NCBI GenBank assembly: GCA_051294375.1
Contig: CM119269.1
Location: 13,486,790 to 13,550,789 of the forward strand
From: Paraspadella gotoi
Taxonomy: Eukaryota; Animalia; Chaetognatha
Length of the DNA stretch: 64,000 bases
Direction of reading: 5' to 3'
Of the stretch, positions 52,308 to 64,000 are shown one piece after another; position 1 is the stretch's first letter; each line of letters begins with the position of its first letter. Below the pieces are notes generated by a model, which had not been told where the DNA came from, did no database searches, and was given only the letters and a program-made list of their open reading frames with translations. Both the position numbers and the translations under genes were made by a program.

Positions 52308-55300
52308 TCCTCTTCTCTTCGTTTGATCCCGTCTTTCGAAGCGGAAAAATCCTTTCTTCTTTTTGTTTCTCTGCTCATGACTGCGTCTCGCCTCCCTTTC
52401 CTCCCCTCCCCTCTCTCTTCTCTCTCTCCTCTTCTCTCTCTCTCTCTCTCTCTCGTCTCATCTCCTCTCTCTCTCTCTCTTCTCTCTCTCTCTTTCCTTC
52501 TTTCGCTCACTCCCCGCGTCCCTCAACATTCGATTCGACTTACTCGTTCTCTATCCTTCTCTTATCTTTTCTTTTGCAATCTTTCTGTCATTTTAGTGTT
52601 TTATTGTGTCTTTTATTTTCATTCGCATGTTTTCATTCCCACCCGTGATCAGGTCCTGAGAGGGCCAACGAGCAAAGGATTGCCGACCGACCGACCGGAA
52701 ACGATTATTCGTTGGTTGTTTCTCAGCGACATCTGATGTTTCAGTAACAGAAAGAAGTGGAGGGGGGAGGATTATGTTTAGAATGTCAAGGCACTTCAAG
52801 GAGACCGTCAGGATAGCGAGAGAGAGAAAGGAGAGTCGAGAGAGAGGGGAGAGCGAGAGAACTCCAAATTCTATTTGATTTGGATTTGTATTGTCTTAAA
52901 ATTTTTAAATGTAGGTGTAACAACTTAACATCACTTAGAAAATACTTATTACAGTCTTTGAATGAAAAACTTCGGCACTTTATTCAAACTTTAACAAATT
53001 TACTCAGTTATTATACTTGGAATTTTTTTTTTTTAAAATTTAAAAAGTAAAACTATTTACAGTTTTATCAAATAGCCGATGATAAAAGTTGGCGTGTATA
53101 TCAAGCTTTCATGTTCGCAGTATCGCAGACTGGGACCATGCCATGTATAGGAGCATCGATTTTATGAGGATACGGATAAGTCAATAAGCTCTCCCCCTCC
53201 CTAAACCCCCGTTCAAATCGTGCCTCCTACTAACCGCCTGCTAGTAAATCTCAGCAACTAAACGCTTATGCAACTAACCAGCGGCCCCACTCTAAGACCA
53301 AACTCCTTCATGTTGTCCTTACCCTAAGCCACCTCGTACATTCGTCCTCCCCTCATAACAGCTTCAATCATACGGGCCTCACTAACCTGTAGCTCTCCGG
53401 TATTAAAATACCCATCCTGCCAATGCCACAATAGAACAACCCAATATTAAAAATATTTACCCGCCCACCAGACATTTCAAATTGAAAGATGTGATAAACT
53501 GAGGCTTTTAGTTCTGTTATATTCTAATACGCGTGCTATTTTTTCTATATTAAGAATGAAAAAAATATACTTTGGCAAACAATCCGAAAGTATGGTGGAT
53601 AATGAGGAAACGACTTTATAACCGTATTATTCAACCAACATTGAAACTGAAATTGATTATGCCACATTGTAGGGAAGCCAAGGACACTCTGGGACGTGAA
53701 TAAACGAGACTGTGAGAGAGTCTTGATTTTGTAAACCTATGCAGGGACCTGCTATGTCCATTATATCTTTGTAAGAGTGATGGAGGCTTTAAACCACCAA
53801 AAGCCTGTCACAAAGTCAGGGGCAAGATATGATTAATTTATTAAATGAAATGGATAATTTTTTATATTCGTTGTACCAATTTCATAACTATTATTTATTC
53901 TTTTTTCCCACGATTTAATATAAACACCGCTTTATTTAAAAAAAACGGTTTGGCTATAGTTATCTCTCTCCTCCTCTATATAACAGTTAGAACTCACTTG
54001 CAGAGAGATTTCTATTGCTTTCTCAAAAAATGAACGTGTAAGACACATAATTTGGCTTTTACGTTAATCCATCTCTGCAATTATGTGTATCTGCCTTATA
54101 TAACGCCTAAGAAAACTTAAAAACGATTTTATTATGTAGGGACATACTTTTAAGATTAAATATGCTTGTCAGATCTAAATCGTGTTTTTTCTTAGATATT
54201 ATGCAAAAAGGTGCCCACTCCTTGTAAATTGCCCACACCTCCTGATCTTCCTCCTTATGCCTCTAATTACCACTTCTTCATCTCTGCTATATCTCATCCT
54301 CTCTGAATTCTCTCAGATATCTTCTCTCTTCTATCTCTATCCTTTTCTTTTTCGCTCCTTAAATTGTTTTCGTTTTCCCCCTCTATGCTCCCCGATACAC
54401 TCGTAGTAATTATTTATTTTCACCACTCCATCTATTTGGGCTTCTCTAGTTCCCTGAAAAGTTCTTTTTTTTTTTCACCCCACTGCTACCTCTCCTTCTT
54501 CTTCTTTTTCTTTTTTCATTCTCTACTCATTTTTGCATTCTTCTAATTATCTTATACTAAAGAACCTATACTAAAATCCTTTAAAATGGTATTGTAAGAA
54601 AAAAATATTGGGTAGACGTAATGATTTTATTCAAAAGTTTGGTTGCCCTATGGCGCAGATTTAACAGAAACGCGAACCAGAATTTTGCGGGACAATTTTT
54701 TGGTCCGCAAAAAACCCTGGTCGATTGAGAGAGACAATTTACATTTAACTTAGACGCTCCCCTTCAATTACATGTAACAAGAAGGCGGTTTTTTTTTATT
54801 TTTCCACCTATAGTGGTGTTTCTCATCTATTACAAACTATAAAATAATTGGTCAAAAAATCCGAGCTTGAGAGTTCAAATAAAACGCTCCTCACAAATCC
54901 TCACACAATATTAAAAGTAGGTGCTAACAATTATTTTGCAGCAAAAGTTATTATTTTTTTGACATATAATTTTTTTAGGTAACCAGAAGCACCGTTTGAT
55001 ACGGGAATATTTTGATTTCATAATTGTGGACCATTTTTGAAGTATTCTTTGTTTTTCTCAGTTAACAATTGTATAAAATTATAAAAATGTAAAGTTTTTT
55101 CACTAGTCAATTTAAAAATTAATTCATGGACAAACGGAATAGATATCAATGTCAATGAAACAACTCAAGGTAAACAAGATAAGGAAGGCACCCGAACCGT
55201 CCATCCGGAGAGTACGATTATTTTTCGTCGTTCAACTATGCTTGACGGTTCAAATGTCAAGACACAAAGCTCTAAAAATGAGGACAATAAATGGAACATA

Positions 55301-56113
55301 CATTTTTTTTTATTTAAACCAACGTAGCATAAAAATGGTATTTATTCCAGATTAAGAAATGCAGCAGATGACTTGAATTAATTCCGTAGTCCAGCCCTTG
55401 CTTCTGTCCTTAGGACATTCAAATTTTTTAATCAATATTGTTTGGTAATATTTCTAGCAATCTCATGGCAAAAAGTGGCTTTTTTTTGCTGAAATTCCTC
55501 GATAGAAATCACCTGCCTGGATTGTCCCAGATCCCTAAAAATTAATCTTAAGGTTATTGAAATATATATGATGAAGACAGGTCTTAATCTTCTGAAGCTT
55601 TTTTAGAGAAAAGTCCCGATTTTTCCTAAGTTTGGTTCTTCGACATTTAAAAATCATATCTAAACAACACTTGACTACATTGAATACATTAAAGAACATA
55701 CTCGGATTCTTTTTTCTTAATATATTATTTCCTTATCTATTATATAGTAAAGTACCTTACCAAGCTGCGCGTTTATTCTGGCACACTGGGGTATTATAAT
55801 CCGTAAAAGAGCCAGTTACTTATAAATTTACTTAACATTTTTATATAATTTGATAATAATTTCCGGTTTCTTGTACTTGAGTCAGTCATATTATCAAGAG
55901 AGAGAGAGAAGAATATTGAGGAGCAGAGAGAGAGAGAGAGAGGAGAAGCAAATGTCTCCATCTCGGGGAAAAGTTTGTGAATAGGAAGCAAGGAAAAACT
56001 AAGGGAGACGACGCTGCAAGTTAGAGGGTTTAAGCATCCCTGGAAATAAGACTGGAGGCTTGGGAAGAGAGAGAAGAGATTAGAGAGANNNNNNNNNNNN
56101 NNNNNNNNNNNNN

Positions 56114-56149
<36 letters not shown>

Positions 56150-57105
56150 ATCAATGATGACTCAATAAAGAACCTAAATTATTTATAAATTATATAAAAT
56201 GTAAGTAAATTTATATACTGCTCTTTTACAATATACACCCATGTGCCAAATAAACGCGCAACTTTATAACTTTATCTTTATATAAGAAAAATAAAATTAA
56301 AGAAAAAAAGAATCGATATGTTTTAATTGTATTACAATTAGTCAAGTGGTTTAGATATGATTTTTTAAATTTCCAAAACCAAACTGGAAAATCGACTTTT
56401 CTCTAAAAGCTTCAGAATTATAGACCTGTCTTTCATCATATATATTTCAATAACCTTAAGATTATTTTTTAGGGATCTGGGACAATCCAGGCAGTGATTT
56501 CTATCGAGGAATTCAGCAAAAAAACCAAACAGCTGTGGGAAGCGATTGATATTCCGACAGATTCAACTATAACTTATATTAAAGTAGATTTTATATCTGT
56601 ACAAAACAATCATATAAGTTACAGTTAGAAAATTTTATCAATAAAATTTATTAATAACCATTTTTACATTAAAAAAGGAATTGGTATAGTTTTTTGTAAA
56701 AGAAACTTTGCTATTAATCCATGTTCGATAAGGTTCTGGGGGTGACACAGACGGAGAACGCTTCCGGTTACTCTGGATTTCCCTCTTTTTTCTGTCACCC
56801 TACGATTTCAATTTTCTCTCGACCACTTTATGATTTTCTCTTTCCTTCCTTCCTTTCTCCATTTTTCTCTTTCTTACAACCTCTTTTTCCTTTCCTTCCT
56901 TTCCTCTCCTCTTCTTCTCTCTTCTCTCCTCTCTCCTCCTCTCTCTCTCTCTCCTCTTCTCTCTCTCTCTCTCTCCTCTCTCTTCGTTTGATCCCGTTCT
57001 TTCGAAGCGGAGAAAATCCTTTCTTCTTTTTGTTTTCTCGTCATGACTGCGTCTCGCCTCCCTTCCTCCCCTCCCCTCTCTCTCTCTCTCTCCCTCTCTC
57101 TCTCT

Positions 57106-57139
<34 letters not shown>

Positions 57140-60100
57140 TTCTCTCTCTCTTTCTTCTTTCTCCTCCCGTGTCCCTCACATTCGAGTTCGACCTTACTCG
57201 TTCTCTATCCTTCTCTTACTTTCTTTGCAATCTTTCTGTCCATTTAGTGTTTTTGTGTCTTTTTATTTTCATTCGCCTGTTTTCATTGTCCACCCCGTGA
57301 AAGTGGCCCATAAGGCCAGAAGCAAGGATGACGACCGACCGACGGAAAACGGATTTTCGGTTGGTTGTTTCCAGGAATCTGTTGTTTCATAAGAGAAGAA
57401 GTGGAGGGGGAGGTTATTTGGAATGCAGGACTTTCAAGAACGGGATGAGAGAGAGAGAAAGAGAGAGAGAGGGGAGAGAGCGAGAATCAAATTCTATTTG
57501 ATTTGATTTGTATTTCTTAAAATTTTTAATGTAGGTTAACAACTTAACATTCCATTGAAAAATACCTATACAGTTTTGTGAAAAAAAACTTGCGCACTTT
57601 ATTTCAAACTTAAAAATTACCTTATTATAACCTTGGAATTTTTTTTTTTTTAAATTAAAAAAGTAAATTACAGTTTATCAAAAGGATGATAAAAGTTGGG
57701 TATAAATTATATTTATATCGTGCCATCCATTTAGGAGCAATGATTTTTTAAAGTAAAAGTTCTCTACACCCCAAAGGCTTAAATGTAATAAAAAAATTTG
57801 ATAGATTAAGACAATCTTTTTTTTCTGACTTATTTTGCATTTTTTTATAGTGATTAAAAAATTGAAAAAAAAATATATTGGACATTCCGAAAGGATGGCT
57901 GGGATAACCTGAGGCAGTTGATTTCTCAATACGGGTATTTTTTCAACAATTTGAAATTGGAAACTGAAATTGAAATGAAATATATTATTACCACTTCATT
58001 GGACTGAGGGAAGCCAGGTTACCTCTGGGACGTGAATAAAACGAGACTGTGAGAGAGTCTTGATTGAAACCTAGTGCAGGGACCTGCTATGTCCATTATT
58101 CTTGTAAGGACGTGATGGAGGCCTTAAACCACCAAAAGCCTGTCACAAAGTCAGGGGCAAGATAGTGATTATTTATTAAATGAATGGATAATTTTTATAT
58201 TGCGTTGTACCAATTTCATAACTATTATTTACTTCTTTTTTCCCACGATTAACTATAACACACGCTTTTATTTAAAAAAAACCGGTTTGGCTATAGTTAT
58301 CCTTCTCTCCTCCTCTATCATAACATAGAACTCATTGACAGAAGAATTTCTAATGCTTTCAAAAATACGGTAAGACATAATTTCTTTTACGTTAATCACT
58401 TCTAATTCATGTTATCTGCTCTTATTAAGAAGAAAACTTTAAAACGATTTTTTATGGTAAGGGCAACTTTTTAAAGATTAAATTGCTTGTCAGATCTAAA
58501 ATTCGTGTTTTTTCAGATATTAGCAAAAAAAGGGCACACTCCCTTTTTCCTCCTTTACCTTGATCTTCCCCTTCCTCTCTATCTTCTGCTTATCTCTCCT
58601 CTCTGATTCTCTTTCTTCTCTCTTCTTCTTATCTTTTCTTTTTTCTCTTAATTGTTTTCGTTTTCCCTCCTTCTCCCCATTATAAATTTATTTTCACTCT
58701 TTTTCTCTCTCCCTGAAAACTTTTTTTTTCACCCATGCTCTCTCTTCTCTTCTTTTTCTTCATTCTCACTCATTTTTTTGCATTTTTCTATATATACTAG
58801 ACGCTATAAAAAATCTTAAAATGTATTGTAAGAAAAAAAAATATTTGGGTAGCGTATGATTTTATTCAAAGTTTTGGTTGCCTATCAGATTTAAAGAAAC
58901 GCACAGAATTTTGCGGAAATTTTTTTCCGCAAAAAACCTGTCGATTGAGAGAACAATTAATTTAAACTGACGCTCCCCTTAACATAAAAGAAGGCGGTTT
59001 TTTTATTTTTCCACCTTAGTGTGTTTCTCATCTATTAAAACTAAAAATAATTGGTCAAAAAATCGAGCTTTGAGGTTCAAATAAAACGCTCCTCACAAAA
59101 TCCTCACACAATTTAAAAGTAGGTCTTAACAATTATTTGCAGCAAAAGTTTATTAAATTTTTTTGACATTAATTTTTTAGGTAACCAGAAGCACCGTTTG
59201 ATAGCGGGAATATTTTGATCATAATTGTGGACCATTTTTGAAGTATTTTTGCTTAACAATTTGTACTAAAATTATAATAAATGTAAAGTTTTTCACTAGT
59301 CAATCTTAAAAATTTTACATTCATAGGGACAAACGGAATAGATATCAATTGTCAAATGAAACAACTCATAGGTAAACGAAGATAAGGAAGGCACCCGAAC
59401 CCCATCCGGAGAGATACGATTTTTTTTCTTCAACTATCTTGACGGTTCAAATGTCAAGACAAAAGTCAAAATGGACAAAAATGCGAATATATTTTTTTTA
59501 TTTAAAAGTAGCAAAAATGGTAGTTCTACTTCCACGATTAGAGAAATTGCAGCAGTATGACTTGAATTAATCCGTAGTCCAGCCCTTCTTTGTCTTAGGA
59601 CATTCAAATTTAATCAATATTGTTTGGTAATATTCTAGTCAACTATGGCAAAAAGTGGCTNNNNNNNNNNNNNNNNNNNNNNNNNCTGGCTTCCCTATCA
59701 ATGAAGTGGTATAATATTTCAATTTCAATTTCAGTTTCAATTTCATTGTTGAAAATACCCGTATAGAAATCACTGCCTCCAGTTATCCAGCCATCCTTTC
59801 GGATGTCCAATATATTTTTTTTTTCATTTTTAATCAACTATAAAAAATGCAAAATATCAGAAAAAAAAGATTAGTCTTAAATCTATCAAATTTTTTTACA
59901 TTTAGCTTTGGGGTAGAGAACTTTACTTTAAAAAATCATTGCTCCTAAATGGATGGCCCGATATAAATATAATTTATACCAAACTTATCATCTTTTGATA
60001 AACTGTAATTTACTTTTTAAATTTAAAAAAAAAAATTCAAGTATATAAGGTAATTTTTAAAGTTTGAAATAAAGTGGCGCAAGTTTTTTTCACAAGACTG

Positions 60101-60517
60101 TAATAAGTATTTTTAATATGTTAAGTTGTTAACCTACATTTAAAAATTTTAAGAAATACAAATCAAATCAAATAGAATTTGATTCTCTCTCTCTCCCTCT
60201 CTCTCTCTTTCTCTCTCTCTCTCCCCGTCTCTTAAGTCCTGCATTCCAAATAACCTCCCCCTCCAACTTCTTTCTTATCGAAACATCAGATCCTGAAAAC
60301 AACAACGAAAATCGTTTCCGTCGGTCGGTCGTCATCCTTTGCTCGGTTGGCCCTCTCACGGTGACAATGAAAAACATGCGAATGAAAATAAAAGACACAA
60401 AAACACTAAAGACAGAAAGATGCAAAAGAAAGTAAGAGAAGGATAGAGAACGAGTAAGTCGAATCGAATGTGAGGGACCGGGAGGAGGAAAGAAAGAAAG
60501 AGAGAGAGAGAGAGAGA

Positions 60518-60559
<42 letters not shown>

Positions 60560-61072
60560 GAGGGAGGAGAGGAGGGAGGGGCGAGGACGCAGGTCATGGA
60601 GAAAACAAAAAGAAGAAAGGATTTTCCGCTTCGAAAGAACGGGATCAAACGAGAGAGAGGAGAGAGAGAGAGAGAGAAGAGGAGAGAGAGAGAGAGGAGG
60701 AGAGAGAGAGAAGAGAAGAGAGGAGGGAGAAGGAAGGAAAGAAAGAGGTTGGTAAAGAAAGAGAATGGAGAAAGGAAGGAAGAAGGAAAGAGAAAATCAA
60801 AAGTGTTGAGGAGAAAATTGAAATCGTAGGGGTGACAGGAAAAAGAGGGATCAGTAAAACCGGAAGCGTTTCCGTCTGTCACCCCCAGAAACCTTATCGA
60901 ACATGGATTATAGCAAACTTTTACAAAAAACTATACAATTCCTTTTTTAATTAAAATGTATTATAAATTTTATTGATAAAATATTTCTAACTGTACTATA
61001 TGATTGTTTTACAGATATAAAATCTACTTTAATATAAGTTATAGTTGAATCTTCGGAATATCATCGCTTCCA
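51851..61072. repeat. Multiply duplicated block (direct and inverted noisy copies) around N gaps
   Basis: 51851-55480 recurs directly at 56529-59660. 56114-56525 is an inverted copy of ~55480-55935, and 59686-61072 an inverted copy of ~56535-58015. Confidence 0.85.
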
Positions 61073-63744
61073 CCGCGTTCGCGTTCGCCTCCGGGATCGC
61101 CTCCTCTTAGAAGGGGAACCGGAAAATGTTGGGAGGCTCGAAAAGTGATGAAAGAGAAAGGATAAGGAAGACAAAGGTGATCGGGCAAAGGTGAAGAGAG
61201 AAGGAAAGTAGAAAGGGAATGAAGGAAAGAAGAAAATAAAAAGAGAAGAAAGAAAGAGTGAAGATAAAAAGAAGAAAGGGAATGAAGAAATGAAGAAAAT
61301 AAAAAAGAGAAGAAAGAAAGAGAGAAGAAAAGGAGAAGAAAGGGAATGAAGGTAAGAAGGAAAGAAAATAAGAGAAGAAAGAAAGAAAGAAAGGAACCGG
61401 AGAAAATTTAAAAAGAAAAAGAAATGAGAAAACGGAGGAATAAAAAAGAAATCACAAGAGAGGAAACAGAAAAATAAAACGCGAGGAAAGAAAAGAAAGT
61501 AACAGAAAAATGCAACGTAACTACAAATTTAAAAAAGAAATAAAAACAAATCCCAACTTTTAACAAATGAGAATAACAAAAAGAGTCCAAAACCGAACGT
61601 AAACAAAAGAACTCAATCGAAAGAGAGAGAAGTGAAAAAAAGAGAAAAAAAACCGTTTCCCTTTTGTTTTCCTTGTTTTTCATCCAGATATAAATTCAAA
61701 GGGAAAAAAATGTCAACTCTCGACTCGTGGGTCTCGAACTCGGAATAAATTTTCTCCCTTCACATCTTTCATCTTTTCCGAGGTTCAAACTTTTTTTTCT
61801 TTCTTTTTTCTTTCTTTCCTTTTTGTTCTTTTTTCTTTCTTTCTTATTTTTTTCATTTTTCTTTTCATAACTTTTCTGAATTTTTTGTTTGACGGCAGAG
61901 TTGATGATCTCCCGAATTTTTTTTTTTTTTTTGGCCACGAATTTGAAGGTTTGCGAGGTTAAAAACATGTATATACATAAGTAAAAGCACGAAATAAACG
62001 AATTAAAATCAATTTAAAAACAACTTAAAAAACAAGGTAAAAACAGATTAAAAACAAAGGTTAAAAAACAGATTAAAAACAAGGTAAAAAATTCGTGCAT
62101 CGCATAAGTAATATAACCTCCACTGGGTTTTTGAAAACGGTTTGGCCTTCCTTTTTACAAGATTCAAAATGCATCACAATAATACGACGACCAACGCGTT
62201 CCTCAATGGCTGCGCGCGGGAAAACCGCGGTAAAAAAAGGTAGAATAATCTTCTCCCAATTCTCGACGGTGATTAGGTCCAGGCCCGCCAATGCCAGGAC
62301 CGCAGGGAGAAGCTTGCATTTCGATCCAAAACGCGGAAGGGAACCGCGCGGCCCAACACAGATACAGTTATAGATGTTTCGCTTTACGTATACTTTATTA
62401 TAGACATCATAACACAAAATAGAGAAAAAATACGATTACGTCGGTGATCAGAGCGAGGTTTATCGTCAGTCTTGTTGACGCCTGGGTCGGGTTATTGAAT
62501 ATACATATTTAAACGAAACCTTGGCAGTTCATTTCGTCTGTAGTCGGTTACATAATAAAAATTGAGAAAAGTTGAGTGTAAGATGGCACGAGAGAAAGCG
62601 TGTTCCAGCTATTTTGGTACAAACTTAGGAACGAAAAAAGAATAAGGAAAGGAAGGAAGAAAAGAAGGAAGCCAAGAAGAAGGTAAGGAATCTGAGAAGC
62701 GAAAGAAATTTGAAAGAAACAGCGCGATGCGCGGGGAAAATCACGGAAGCAGAATAATATTATATGAAGCAGGGAAAAAGGGCAGGAAAAATTACACGGA
62801 AGCGGGATAGGGAAAAAAAATACCATGAAAATAAGGAGAATATGCGGGAACAAAGTATAATTTGTAAGAAAAGGGGGACGCAACGAAGTAGGAGAAATAG
62901 CAGGCAACAGAAGAAAACAAGGCAGGGAGAAGCGGGAAACGCGATAAGAAAGTCGGAACTGCGGAAAGAAAGATGGTAATGTTCGCAGTCGGACTCCGAA
63001 AGACGTGAGCGAGAGAAGAGGTGGGGGAACAACGCCGTCAGTGGAATAAAGAGGAGTTAGGTGAGGCGCAAGAAGCTCGGGTTAGGACGTGCGCTGCGGG
63101 CGCGAAGACTCAGGGACAAACGCGGAATAATGAATTACAGATCAAGATTATATCGATTTAGAACTTGTGGAGGAAACTTTGTCTCGTTTTTTTCCCTCGA
63201 ACCCTGAACAAGGGGGCGCGCAAAGATGGGTGGTCTGGCGGGAGGGCCGACGAGGAAGGGGGCACACCCGATGTAGAAGGGAGGGAAAGGGCGTGTGGAT
63301 GATTGGCGGTGGGGGAGGAAGGTGGGACGGAAGTTGAGAGGGGAAACTTGGAGCGTGAGGGAGAAGTTGGAAGGATTTCCAAAGGTGGGAAGGGGGAAGG
63401 AGGCGGGGGAGGAGGGAAAGGGGGAAGTATGATGGGAACATTGGGACCACGTGGTGAAGTGGGGAATATGGACGTAACTAAGGGGGAAGTTGGATGGGAA
63501 ACTTGAAAGAAGTGTAGGGAAGACTGACGCGAGAGAGGAGAGAGAAGAGGAGAGAGAGACGAGAGAGAGACCGAGAACGAGAGAGAGAAGAGAGAGATAC
63601 TCTTAAGAATTTACAAATTTAAATACTTTTATTTGTATTTAATACTAATTCGTACTCCATTGCNNNNNNNNNNNNNNNNNNNNNNNNNCTGCTTTCGCTT
63701 CTGCTTTCGCTTCTGCTTTTGGTTCTGCTTTCGCTTCTTTTTTT

Positions 63745-63965
63745 AGCTTTGAGTTGCGTCGAGAGTACTCGCGGAGCAACTCTTTAAGTCACTTTTCGGC
63801 CGGTCTGTCGATCGGTCGGTCGGTCTGACCATCGGAATGTCCCATTATGTCCCACATACTAAAACTATAAAGAATAAAAGACGGATTTCCGATGCAGTGT
63901 GTGTCATAAATGCACGGGCTAAGAACGTCACTGCAGTGCAACACATTAGATGGATCGATCTTGTA
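63745..63965 (+). mobile_element. HINE/DINE-1-like element, same family
   Basis: gcaactctttaagtcact...ggtctgtcgatcggtcggtcgg...ctaaaactataaagaataaaagacgga...gtcactgcagtgcaacacatt. Confidence 0.65.
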
Positions 63966-64000
63966 CTTTTGCTCCCTTTACTTCTGCTTTCGCGATTACA

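Noticed and set aside
51851-61072. Segmental amplification of a 3.6-kb unit
   Set aside because: Copies are noisy and several are bounded by 25-N gaps, typical of unpolished long-read gap extension.

Overview
AT-rich, microsatellite-dense eukaryotic DNA from an invertebrate animal; the species cannot be named from this window. It is a draft assembly with seven 25-N gaps and several noisy duplicated blocks. Three spliced genes were reconstructed by hand. (1) An F-box/LRR-type gene with an N-terminal poly-Asp tract lies on the minus strand and runs off the left edge. (2) A complete 7-exon, ~452-aa flavin-containing monooxygenase closely resembles bacterial trimethylamine monooxygenase (Tmm/mFMO) and is followed by a short relic of a paralogue. 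(3) An enlarged orthopedia (otp) homeobox gene on the minus strand has at least 9 coding exons, an ~18.9-kb intron splitting the homeodomain, a tandemly reiterated splice donor and a C-terminal OAR motif. The rest is transposon debris (LINE 3' end, tRNA-derived SINEs, foldback MITE, HINE-like elements, a TA-flanked TIR element, a ~325-bp repeat family), simple repeats, and probable haplotype or gap-filling duplications. Most listed ORFs are microsatellite artefacts. All homology calls are from recognition of motifs and remembered sequences; no searches were run.
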